DNA of 64,000 bases, taken from contig NC_092377.1 in assembly GCF_030028105.1 (NCBI RefSeq), positions 4,655,079-4,719,078 on the forward strand, read 5' to 3'. Every line of letters begins with the position of its first letter. Positions within the stretch are counted from its first letter, which is position 1. Shown here in pieces: positions 50,698-62,199 of this stretch. The translations under genes and the position numbers were made by a program. The notes beneath the pieces were generated by a model. That model saw only the letters and a program-made list of their open reading frames with translations. It had not been told where the DNA came from and did not search any database. This DNA is from Mobula birostris (Eukaryota).

Positions 50698-51418
50698 TTA
50701 GTTGTTGAAGAAAGTGCAAAAATGGGTCTATCTATCAATTGCGAAAAGACAGAATGTATGGTGATATCCAAAAAGAAGGAGAATCCTATCTGCAGGCTGA
50801 GAATAAACGGGGAAGACATAAAACAAGTACAGAACTTTTGCTACTTAGGAAGCTGGGTGACATCAGATGGCAGGTGCAACATGGACATCAAAAGAAGAAT
50901 AGGGATGGCAAAAGACACCTTTATGAGAATGAAGAGTATACTGACCAATGCTAAACTAGGCATAACAACCCACCTCAGAGCACTGAAATGTTACGTTTAT
51001 CCAGTTATGTTACATGGCTCAGAATGTTGGACAATATCTAGTAACTTGAGAAAACAAATTGAAGAAGCAGAGATGTATTTTTTGAGGAGGATGCAAAGAA
51101 TATCATGGACAAAATGGATATCTAATGAGGATGTCATGAACAGAGCAAACACAAAAAGAGAAATAATGTATGAGATCATGAAAAGGCAATGTAACTTCAT
51201 TGGACATGTGATTTGGAAGGAGAAGTTAGAATGCATGGTAATTATGGGAAAGATTGAAGGGAAGAAAGCAAGAGGAAGACAAAGACAAATGATGATGGAG
51301 ACAGCAGCCAGAAAACTGGAAATGAATAACAGTGAATTGATCCACTTGACCGAAGCAGGAGTGTGTGGGCCATGGCAGTCAAAGCTCAAACTGGGCACAG
51401 CACCTGGTGATGATGATG
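50698..51418 (+). mobile_element. RTE-clade LINE 3' end nested in the Tc1
   Basis: ORF 50722-51447 has GLSINCEKTECM, FCYLGS, GKIEGKKARGRQR; (gat)n tail; 11-bp TSD aattatgcaat (50687-50697 / 51419-51429). Confidence 0.9.
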
Positions 51419-51794
51419 AATTATGCAATCAGATATTTTGTGATTAGTAACTGCAATAAATTTAGATCAATTTGTAGAAATTTGTTTTCACATAGACACG
51501 AAAAAGTCTTTTTGGTTGATCAGTGACAAAAGAGTGAAATTAAATCCTCTGTGATTCAATGTTATAAAACAAGAAAAGTTCTAAGGGAGGGAGGTGGGTG
51601 AATACCTTTTTTAAGCACCGTATATCTGATCCCTTAGAATACATTCCAATAACTTTCCCACAACTCATATCAGACTCACCAGCCGATAATTTCCTGGTTT
51701 CTGTTTAGAGCTTTTTTTAAACAAGCAGAACAACATTTGCTATCCTCCAATCCTCTGGTAGTCTTCTGTCGTTAAGGATGTTTTAAATGTCTAG

Positions 51795-53830
51795 AATTGC
51801 TGGGGGGTGGGAACCGAACTGAAGGGATGGAGGAAGGGGTGGTTGGCTCACGAACAGAGAAAGCTTGGAGACAGTGCGAGAGGGAGGATAGGCAGGTGAT
51901 AGCGAAGGGATATGTTCAGACCGATGGTTTAAGATGTGTCTATTTAAACGCGAGAAGCATCATGAACAAAACGGATGAGCTTAGAGCGTGGATCAGTACT
52001 TGGAAATATGATGTTGTGGCCATTATAGAGAATCGGATGGCTCAAGGGCAGGAGTGCCAGATTTCAGATGTTTCAGAAAGGACAGGGAGGGAGGTAAAAG
52101 AGGTGGGGGTTTGGCACTGCTGATCAGAGATAGTGTTCTGATTGTAGGGGTCAATGAATCTAATGGGTGTTTTTTATAGACCACCCAATAGTAACAGGGA
52201 CATCAAAGGAGCAGATAAGGAGAGAGATTCTGATAATAGTTTCTAACAGGTCAGCCTCCAATACGTAAGGGAAATTACTTAAATATTTTTGTAAAAAATA
52301 TCTAACTTGAAGATATTGCAGAAAGTGTGAGTATGAAAGAGAATATTTATCAATTAATTGTTCAAAGGACATCAATCTATCTTCTTTAAATAAATCCAAA
52401 AAGAATTAATACCTTTATTTTTCTAAAGTAAAAAAAATTGGATCACTCAAAGAGGGCTTAAAAAAGTAATTTCGGTAAATTAAACTACAAAGTTTAAATT
52501 TTTTAAGATTAAAAAAATTGCAGAACTGGAGCCAAATTTGTAAAGAATACTTAATCACAGGATATAGGTTTAAATTAACAACATTACCTAATTGCATAGG
52601 TAAAGGTGCTCCCAACAACTATTATGAGTATGAATCCTTTGATTAAGGGTTCTGTTGGAAGTATTTATGATTTACTATTACAATGAGATAAGCGTCCTTT
52701 ATCTATGATTAAACAGGATTGGGAAAAAGGAACTTAATTTGACTTTTATGACGGAGGATTGGATGCGGATATTGAAGTTGGTTAATTCTTCTTCAATTTG
52801 TGCTGGCCATTCATTGATTCAATTTAAAGTTGTACATCGTTATCATTTGACAAAGGAGAGACTTTCTAAAATCTTTCCTAATGTTGATTGTCATTGTGAT
52901 AGATGTAAAACTGAGATAGGAGAGAGATTCAGGAAAGTTGTGATAATAACAGGGTTGTGATGGTAAGACATTTTAATTTCCTAAATTTTGATTGGCATCT
53001 CCCTAGAGCAAGGGGTTTAGATGGGGTGGATTTTTTTAGGTGTGTTCAGGAAGGTTTCCTGGCACAGTGTGTAGATAAGCCTACAAGAGGAGAGGCTGTA
53101 CTTGATCTGGTATTGGGAAATGAACCTGATCAAGTACTAGATCTCTCAGTGGGAGAGCATTTTGGAAATAGTGATCACAATTCTATCTCCTTTACTATAG
53201 CATTGGAGAGGGATAGGAACAGACAAGTTCGGAAAGCATTTAATTGGAGTAAGGGGAAATACGAAGCTATCAGGCAGGAACTTGGAAGTATATATTGGGA
53301 ACAGATGTTCTGAGGGAAATGTACGGCAGAAATGTGGCAAATGTTCAGGGGATATTTGCATGGCGTTCTGCATAGGTACATTCCAATGAGACAGGGAAAG
53401 GATGGTAGGGTACAGGAACTGTGTTGTACAAAGACTGTTGTAAATCTAGTCAAGAAGAAAAGAAAAGCTTACGAAAGGTTCAAAAAACTAGGTAATGATA
53501 GAGATCCTGAAGATTATAAGGCTAGCAGGAAGGAGCTTAAGAATGGAATTATGAAAGCCAGAAGGGGCCATGAGAAGGCCTTGGCAAGCAGGATTAAAGA
53601 AAACCCCAAAGCATTCTGCAGGTATGTGAAGAGCAAGAGGATAAGACGTGAGAGAATAGGACCAATCAAGTGTGACAGTGGAAAAGTGTGTCTGGATCCG
53701 GAGGAGATAGCTGAGGTACATAATGATTACCTTGCTTCAATATTCAATGGAAGAGGATCTTAGCGATTGTAGGGATGACTTACAGTGGACTCAAAAGTTT
53801 GAGCATATGGACATTAAGAAAGATGATGTA
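51795..53830 (+). mobile_element. CR1 ORF2 5' half, interrupted by an L1 fragment
   Basis: LRCVYLNARSIMNK, YDVVAI, SDHNSISF, KENPKAF.RYVK. Confidence 0.85.
52231..52918. mobile_element. L1/Tx1-clade internal fragment with inverted 5' half
   Basis: Minus 52231-52620: LGAPLP...SFEQLIDKY.L...FLQYLQVR...EADLLETI. Plus 52620-52918: IMSMNP...DWEK...LIQFKVVHR...CDRCKTE. Flanked by the duplication ggagagagattc (52219-52230 / 52919-52930). Confidence 0.75.
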
Positions 53831-56060
53831 GAAACATAGAAAACCTATAGCACAATAAAGGCTCTTCAGCCCACAAAGCTGTGCTGAACATGTCCCTACC
53901 TTAGAACTACCTAGGCTTTACCCATAGCCCTCTATTTTTCTAAGCTCCATGTATCCATCCAGGAGTCTCTTAAAAGATCCTATTGTTTCCGCCTCCACCA
54001 CCACCACCACCAGAAGCCCATTCCACGCACTCACCACTCTGTGGGTAAAAAACTTACCCCTGACATCTCCTCTGTATCTGCTTCCAAGCACCTTAAAACT
54101 ATGCCCTCTCGTACTAGCCATTTCAGCCCTGGGGAAAAGCCTCTGACTATCCACATGATCAATGCCTCTCATTATCTTGAACACCTCTGTCAGGTCACCT
54201 CTCATCCACCTTTGCTCCAGGGAGAAAAGGCCGAGTTCACTCTACCTATTCTCATAAGGCATGCGCCCCAATCCAGGGAACATCCTGGTAAATCTCCTCT
54301 GCACCCTTTCTGTGGTTTCTTCATCCTTCCTGTAGTGTGGCGACCAGAATCGAGCACAGTACTCCAAGTGGGGTCTGTCCAGGGTCCTATATAACTGCAA
54401 CATTACCTCTTGGCTCCTAAACTCAGTCCCACAATTGATGAAGGCCAATGCACCGTACGCCTTCTTAACCACAGACTCAACCTGCGCAGCTGCTTTGAGT
54501 GTCCTATGGACTCGTACCCCAAGATCCCTCTGAATCTCCACACTGCCAAGAGTCTTCTCATTAATACTATATGCTGCCATCATAATTGACCTACCAAAAT
54601 AAACCACCTCACACTTCTCTGGGTTAAACTCCATCTGCCACTTCTCAGCCTAGTTTTGCATCCTATCAATTTCTCGTTGTAACCTCTGACAGCCCTCCAC
54701 ACTATCCACAACACCCCCGACCTTTGTGTCATCAGCAAATTTACTAACCCATCCCTCCACTTCCTCATCCAGGTCATTTATAAAAATCACAAAGAGTGAT
54801 TTACTATTGGCACAACACGGGCCACCCTCCAGTCTTATGGAACTTCACCAGTAGCTAACAATAAAGCAAATATCTCTACAAGGGCCTCCCTGATTTTTGT
54901 CTTGGCCATGCAGATCGGAAATGTTCTTGACCAGGTCCCTGAGTTTTCCCACATTAATGCTCTTCGAGGCAGCAACAGCTCCTTCCTTGTAATGTGCATA
55001 TATTCCAGAACCTCACTAATTAATACCCTCATTTTTCTGGCATTATTGTAAACACCAAGTCAAAATTGATATTAAAAATCACGGTTATCTCCTACGGCTC
55101 AAGACAAAGGCTTTAAGATGACGCAGTCCCTCCCTAATCACACTCCTATAATTATTACTGAAACAGCGTGTCAGAGTCAGAATTAGAATCAGGTTTATTG
55201 TCATTGACACGTCATGAAAGGTGTTGTTTTGCTGCAACAGTACAGTCCAAGGTGTAAACATTAATGTAAGTTTAAAAAGGAAATGGTACAAAAGAGGAAT
55301 AACGAGGGTTCAGGACACTCACCAATGTGATGAGGAGAAGAAGCTGTTTGAGACATGCTGAGTGAGGGTCTTCAGGCTCCTGTACTTCTTCACTGAAGGT
55401 ATTAACAAGAAGACGGCATTGTGCGGGTCCTTAGTGCTGGATGCCTCATGCTGAGTCACTGCATCCTGAGGATCTCCTCACATCCAAATACGAAGTAGAC
55501 CAAAAGACGTAGTTCCAGATATAGGCCATTTGGCCCAACAAGTCTCGTCCACCATTCCATCATCCTCCTTCTATCATATCTCTCAACACCATTCTCCTGT
55601 CTCCTCCCCGTGACTTTTGACACCTTTACAAATCAAGAAGCTATCAACTTCAGCATTAAACATACCCAATGTGTTGTCCTCCACAGCTGTCTGTGGGAAT
55701 GAATTGCACAGATTCACCACCCTCTGGTTGAAGGAATTACTCCTCATCTCTGTTCTAAAGGAACATCCTTTGATTCTGAGGCTGTGCACCCTGGTCCTTG
55801 ACTTCCCCCACTACAGGAGACATCCTGTCCACATCCACCCTATTCAGTGTTTGATGGGCTACAATGAGATTCCCCTTCAATTCCTGTGAATATACCCCCA
55901 GAACCATCAAAAGTTCCTCATATGTTAACCCTTTCAATCCTGGGATAATTTTCATGAGCCTCCTGTCCAATGCCAGCACGTCCTTTCATAAATAAGGGCT
56001 GTAAACTGCTCACCATATTCTGACAGCAGTTTGATCAATGTCCTGTCCAGCCTCAGTATT
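53830..56060 (-). mobile_element. Cluster of minus-strand LINE pieces: CR1 3' ends (53830-54790, 55500-56060), a CR1 mid piece and a Rex1-like 3' UTR
   Basis: ORFs 54242-54634 (PHLEYCARFWSPHY), 53918-54205 and 55583-55979; tail agaaacatagaaaac at about 53830. Confidence 0.75.
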
Positions 56061-57019
56061 GCAACCTTTGACCCAGTATTGTGTACAGTTCTGGTCACCT
56101 ACCCACAGGCAAGATATTAATAAGGCTGAAAAGGTGCAGAAAAAAATTTACACGCACTTTGCCAGGACATGAGGACTGAAGTATAGGGAAAGGTTGAGTA
56201 GGTTGGCGGCTCCTGTGCTGTTGTGCTCCGTGACCCCAAGTCCTGTTGCAGATGTATAAATCTTTAGACGGATCCACCTGAAGTATTGCATACAGTTCCC
56301 ATTGCCCTGGTGTAGTGAGGATGTGGAGACTGTGGAAAGCCTGCAGACGAGCTTCACTGGGATGCTGCCTGGATTAGAGGGAATGAAATACAAGGAAAGC
56401 TTGGTCAATCTCGGGTTGATTTCCCTTTTGGTAGAAATGTCAAACACCAGACATGATTTTACGTTTAGAGCAGGGGACAGTTTAAAGTTGATGTGAGGGA
56501 TGAGTTTATATGTACATATGTAGTGAGCAAAACAGTTCTGAATTGTCTTTCCGCTTATTTCCCATCAACTATCAGTGACAAAATCACTGCTTTTTGAAAA
56601 AGATGTTTTGATGTGATTTAAAAAGCATTAGCTCGAAGCAGGGTGCTGTAATGCCCTTACGAGTGCACGCTACTGACACTCGTTAGAAACTGTTCCGCAA
56701 CAACCTCCTGTCCCAGTTAAGCGACATTTAGTGACCCAGATAAACAAAGTGAATCCTGCCTATTTTCTCAATTAGTTTTTGTTATTTAAGAGATGTCTCA
56801 AATAAGCGGCTCCCTGATTAACTGATGTCCCAATGAACCAGAATCTACTGTATCTGCCTGGAACAGGTTACTGGGGTAGTAGTGGAGCAGGGAGTTTGTG
56901 TGACTTTAAGAGGATTTTAGATGGGCACGTGAATACAAAGGGAATGGAGGGATATGAATGGTACATAGCAGGAGGATAATTAACATAAATGAGCATCAAG
57001 GTTGGCACAACAATCTATC

Positions 57020-60000
57020 ACAACATTGCTACCTGTGCCACGTGCGAGTGAGGCGAGGAACAGAAGGATTATACAGATCAATACGTGGCTGAGAGGATGG
57101 CGCAGGAGGGAGGGCTTCAGGTTTTTAGATAATTGGGCTTTGTTCCAGGGAAGGTGGGATCTGTTCCAACGGGACCGTTTACACCTGAACTGGAGGGGTA
57201 CTAACATTCTTGCAGGAAAGTTTGCTAGTGCTGCTTGGGGGGGTTTAAACTAAATTTGCAGGGGGCAGGGATCCAGAATGTGAGAGAGGATAGCGAGATG
57301 AAGTATAAAGGACAGGTGGGGACTACACGGTTCCGAAATATTAAGTGTGAAGTACAGAAAGGTGAGGCGGAACGAGTGATAAGGAGGATACATGTGCAGA
57401 GGGATGGTCTGACGGAGAATGGAGTTAAATGTGCAGAAAGAGTAAGTAAATTTAAGAAGGACAACAAAATTCAAGGGGCGTATAGCCCGGTGAGAGTTCG
57501 GGGAGCTGGCTCATGCACAATAGGCAGCGATTTAAACAGAGAGAGGAGAAATGGGTTAAAAATTCTATATCTGAATGCACGAAGTGTCAGAAAGAAGGCG
57601 GATGAGCTTGAAGCTCAGGTGCGAATGGGTAACTATGATGTTGTTGGGATAACGGAGACATGGCTGCAGGGGGATCAGACCTGGGAATTGAATGTACAAG
57701 GGTATACGTGCTATCGAAGGGACAGAAAGGCGGGCAGAGGGGGTGGGGTGGACCTGTTGGTGAGGAATGAGATTCAGTCCCTTGCAAGGGGGAACATAGA
57801 ATCAGGAGAAGTAGAGTCAGTGTGGATAGAACTGAGGAACAGTAAGGCAAAAAGACCCTGATAGGTGTTATCTACAGGCCCCCAAACAGTAGCATGGATA
57901 TTGGGTGCAAGTTGAATAGGGAGTTAACAACGGCATGTGGCAAAGGAAATGTCGCAGTAGTTATGGGGGATTTCAACATGCAGGTGAACTGGGAAAATCA
58001 GGTTGGTACTGGACCCCAGGATAGGGAGTTTGTAGAGTGCCTACGGGATGCATTTTTGGAGCAGCTTGTACCAGAGCCGACCAGGAATATGGCTATTCTG
58101 GATTTAATGTTGTGCTGTGCAATGAACAGGATTTGATAAGTGATCTTGAAGTAAAGGAGCCACTAGGAAGTAGTAACCATAATATGATAAGTTTTTATCT
58201 GCAAGTTGAGAGGGATAAGGGCAGATTAGAAGTGTCTGTATTGCAGTTGAACAAAGGAGACTATGGAGCCATGAGGGAGGAGCTGGCTAAGGTTGACCGG
58301 TTGGATATCCTAGCAGAAAAGACAGTGGAACAGCAATGGCAGGTATTCTTGGGAATAATGCACAAGGTGCAAAATCAGTTCATCCCCCGCAGAAGGAAGG
58401 ATTCAAAGGGGCGAAAGTGGCCACAGTGGTTGACAAAGGAAGTCAGAGATAGCATAGCATTAAAAAAGAAGTATAACAGAGCTAAGGTGAGTGGGAAGAC
58501 GGATGATTAGGAAATTTTTAAGGAGCAACAGAACTTAACTAAAAAGGCTATACGGGGAGAATAAATGAGGTATGAACACAAGCTAGCTAGGAATATAAAG
58601 GAGGATAGCAAAGGTGTTTTTAGGTATGTGAAGAGAAGGAAGATAGTTAAGAACAATGTTGGGCCCTTGAAGAATGAATTGGGAGAAATTGTTATGGGAA
58701 ACAGAGAAATGGCAGACAAATTTAATAAGTACTTTGGATCTGTCTTCACTAGGGAAAACACAAGCAATCTCCCAGATGTATGGATGGGCCAAGGACATAG
58801 AGTAACAGAGGAACTGAAACAGATTGACATTAGGAAGGAAACGGTGATGAGTAGACTGCTGGGTCTGAAGGATAACTAATCCCCAGGTCCAGATGGTCTG
58901 CATCCTAGGGTACTAAAGGAGGTGGCTCTGGAAATTGCAGATGCATGGGTGATCATTTTCCAATGTTCCTTAGATGCAGGATCAGTTCCTGAGGATTGGC
59001 GAATGGCTAATGTTATCCCACTTTTTAAGAAAGGAGGGAGGGAGAAAACAGAGAACTATCACCCTGTTAGCCTAACATCAGTAGTGGGGAAGATGCTAGA
59101 GTCCATTATTAAAGATGAAATAGCGGCATATCTTGATAGCAGTGATAGGATTGGGCGGAGCCAGCATGGATTTACCAAGGGCAAATCATGCTTGACTAAT
59201 CTATTGGAGTTTTTCGAGGATGTAACCAGGAAGATAGATGCGGGAGATCCAGTGGATGTGGTGTACCTTGACTTTCAGAAGGCATTTGATAAGGTACCAC
59301 ATAGGAGATTGGGGGGTAAAATCAGAGCTCATGGCATTGGGGGGAGGATATTGACATGGATAGAAAACTGGTTGGCAGATAGAAAGCAAAGGGTAGCAGT
59401 GAATGGGTGTTCCTCGGAATGGCAGGTGGTGACTAGTGGGGTGCCACAGGGCTCGGTATTGGGACCACAGCTGTTTACAATTTACGTCAATGATTTAGAG
59501 GAAGGCATTGTGAATAACATCAGCAAGTTTGCTGATGATACTAAGCTGGGTGGCAGTGTGACATGTGATGAGGATGTTAGGAGAATTCAAGGTGACTTGG
59601 ATAGGCTGGGTGAGTGGGCAGAAACTTGGCAGATGACGTTTAATGTGAATAAGTGTGAGGTTATTCACTTTGGGAGCAAGAACAGGAAGGCAGATTATTA
59701 TCTGAACGGTGTGGAGTTAGGTAAGGGTGAAATACAAAGAGATCTAGGAGTACTTGTTCATCAGTCTCTGAAGGTGAATGAGCAAGTGCAGCAGGCAGTG
59801 AAGAAGGCTAATGGAATGTTGGCCTTTATTACAAAGGGAATTGAGTACAAGAGCAAGGAAATCCTTTTGCATTTGTACAGGGCCCTGGTGAGACCACACC
59901 TGGAGTATTGTGTGCAGTTTTGGTCTCCAGGGTTAAGGGAGGACATCCTGGCTGTGGAGGAGGTGCAGCGTAGGTTCACTAGGTTAATTCCTGGGATGTC

Positions 60001-60462
60001 CGGACTGTCTTACGCAGAGAGGTTAGAGAGACTGGGCTTGTACACGCTGGAATTAAGGAGATTGAGGGGGGATCTGATTGAGACATATAAGATTATTAAC
60101 GGATTGGACAAGATAGAGGCAGGAAATATGTTCCAGATGCGGGGAGAGTCCAGTAGCAGAGGGCATGGTTTAAGAATAAGGGGTAGGTCATTTAGGACAG
60201 AGTTGAGGAGGAACTTCTCCCAGAGAGTTGTGGAGGTGTGGAACGTGCTGCCTCAGAAGGCAGTGGAGGCCAGTTCTCTGGATGCTTTCAAGAAGGAGCT
60301 AGATAGGTATCTTATGGATAGGGGAATCAAGGGTTATGGGGACAAGGCAGGAACCGGGTATTGATAGTAGGTGATTAGCCATGATCTCAGAATGGTGGAG
60401 CAGGCTTGAAGGGCCGAATGGTCTAGTTCTGCACCTATTGTCTATTGTCTATCTATTGTCTA
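57020..60462 (+). mobile_element. CR1 LINE truncated within ORF1, with an uninterrupted 480-aa RT/C-terminal ORF (58922-60364)
   Basis: Esterase end RDRLHLNWRG, endonuclease LYLNARSV...[43 protein letters not shown]; tail ctattgtctattgtctatctattgtcta. Confidence 0.95.
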
Positions 60463-60529
60463 ACATCAAGGCAAGATGTCCTGTCCAGTTCTGTACTGTT
60501 CCACTTTCAATTCAAAGTGGGTGGTGATG

Positions 60530-60850
60530 TGGGCACGTGGCCAGGTGGTTAAGGCATTGGACTAGCTACCAGAAGGCCATGAACTCGAGCCCCAGCTGAG
60601 GGAACGGGTTGTGTCCTTGAGCAAGGCACTTAATCACACATTGCTCTGTGATGACACTGGTGCCAAGCTGTATGGGTCCTAACGCCCTTCCCTTGGACAA
60701 CATCAGTGTCGTGGAGAGGGGAGACTTGAGCATGGGTAACTGCTGGTCTTCCATACAACCTTGCCCAAGTCTGTGCCCTGGAGAGTGAAGACTTTCCAGG
60801 TGCAGATCCATGGTCTAGCAAGACTAACGGATGCCTTAAGATAAGATAAG
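60530..60850 (+). mobile_element. tRNA-derived SINE
   Basis: A-box-like gtggccaggtggttaagg, B-box-like gaactcgagccc, core tgtgtccttgagcaaggcactt. The 3' end gactttccagg..cagatccatggtct..caagactaacgga is also present inverted at about 15025-15070. Confidence 0.7.
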
Positions 60851-61035
60851 ATGATTACTTGAAGCACATATTTATCACCCATCATTGGTCTCATCTAAAC
60901 TCTGTAAACTCGGGAACAGCTGCAACATAATATTAATATCAGAAACAGTAAAGTGTTTGTACTTTCACAAGAGGTCATGTAACAAAAGATGTCTGCTTCA
61001 AGCTGGGGTTGAAGTGACGATCTTCTCCCTTACAG

Positions 61036-61380
61036 GTGCAGACAAACCTGTCCTTATCCAGTCCCCGAGCATACAGCGTGTCACTGAGGGTCACACGGTG
61101 TGGTTATGGTGTACCATGAGCAAAGCCAGGCTGGAAGACACCGATGTCCACTGGTATCGGAAACTACCTGGGCAGAACATGGAGTGGGTTTTAAAACACA
61201 GGGCAGGAGGCAGATCAGAGTGGGGATGGGGTTTCTCTGGGAGGTTCCAGTCCTACAGAGACACGTCCAACAGCAGCTTCACCCTGGTGCTCACAGACGT
61301 GGTGCACAGTGATTCTGCTATCTATTACTGAAGAGTGTGGGGAGCCATCCACGGGAACGGCACCCAGCTCATCGTAACCA
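61036..61380 (+). pseudogene. V2: germline-joined VJ-type Ig domain exon with an in-frame TGA at the second invariant Cys
   Basis: Acceptor cttctcccttacag|, donor acca|gtgagt, 345 nt, phase 1-1. ADKPVLIQSPSIQRVTEGHTVWLWC...DVHWYRKLPGQNMEWVL...GFSGRFQSYRDTSNSSFTLVLTDVVHSDSAIYY*RVWGAIHGNGTQLIVT; TGA at 61329-61331. Confidence 0.9.
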
Positions 61381-62199
61381 GTGAGTACAAGTTCTATTTA
61401 TTCAGCAGTGTGTTCCTGCATTGGGAGTTATTCCACCACCACTCACTTCCCGTGGCTGGGCACATTGTACTGAAGAACACACAGTGTAATACTGGAGCCC
61501 CATCACTGGGACACGATCCAGAGCACTGTGGCCCCTAACTCATGGGTGGGGAGCACCAACATGGTGACTGACCGTCTGCTCTGTGTGTCCAGTTGGATAT
61601 TGGAAAATAAATTTCAATGTGGACTGTGTTATCACAGGAGAGAAAAGGAGAAGCTGTTCAGTGTTCAGAGTCATAGATCAGGGTCTCTTAAGTCTCAACC
61701 ATCTCCTTCAAAAGCCCAAAACTGTGGAATTCAAAATCTAAAGCTGCAAGAGATGCAAAATCAGTCAACACTTTTAAACTCTAGCTCAAGAAACTATTTA
61801 TTTAAGAATCAACATCTTTTCAAAGTTCAAAGTAAATTTATTATCAAAGTCCATATATGGCACTATATTCAACCCCAAAATTAATTTTCTTGCGAGCATA
61901 CTCAATAAATCCACCATAGAACAATCACCATTGTAGAATCGATGAAAGACTGCACCAACTTGCTCTTGGATGCAAGATCATATCAGAGAATCACGGTGAC
62001 ATTTTCCAGGTTACGTGCATCTTGTCATCTTTAATTTTCATTTTATTTCTATTTTTTTCATTTTATTTTAATGCTTGCCTTCTCACTCTTTTTAAAGTAC
62101 GTTGAACTACACTGTCAGTATGAAGAGTGCTCTTTGAATAAGTTATTACTATCATTACAGCTCAGCACTGTACAAAGGTGCCTGACTAAAAGCCTGGGC

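Larger units (their letters stand above)
49171..51620 (+). mobile_element. Tc1 (DD34E) transposon with long TIRs, degraded, carrying two nested inserts
   Basis: TA|cagtgcc...gcaccg|TA; diverged TIRs of about 150-200 bp. Transposase starts at 49561: MKTKECSKQ...GYKNISKSLNIP, VLWPDE, HGGSYIMLWACF, FQKDNDPKH, WPSQSLDLKQIENLW. Confidence 0.92.
47860..51790 (-). mobile_element. CR1 fragment (47860-49170 and 51621-51790) hosting the Tc1 element
   Basis: ORF 48640-49179 has QHGFVHGRSCLTNL.EFFEEVT; the sequence rejoins at the TA target (aaatatttata | tatatctgatccc). Confidence 0.8.

Noticed and set aside
56520-56851. Possible Tigger/pogo-like DNA transposon end (…cccaatgaaccagaatctactgta)
   Set aside because: Only one candidate TIR and no transposase remnant; too weak to list as a feature.
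61480-61520. CACAGTG heptamer 100 bp downstream of V2, a possible RSS
   Set aside because: No ACAAAAACC-like nonamer at 12- or 23-bp spacing, and it is not adjacent to a coding end; V2 already contains its J.
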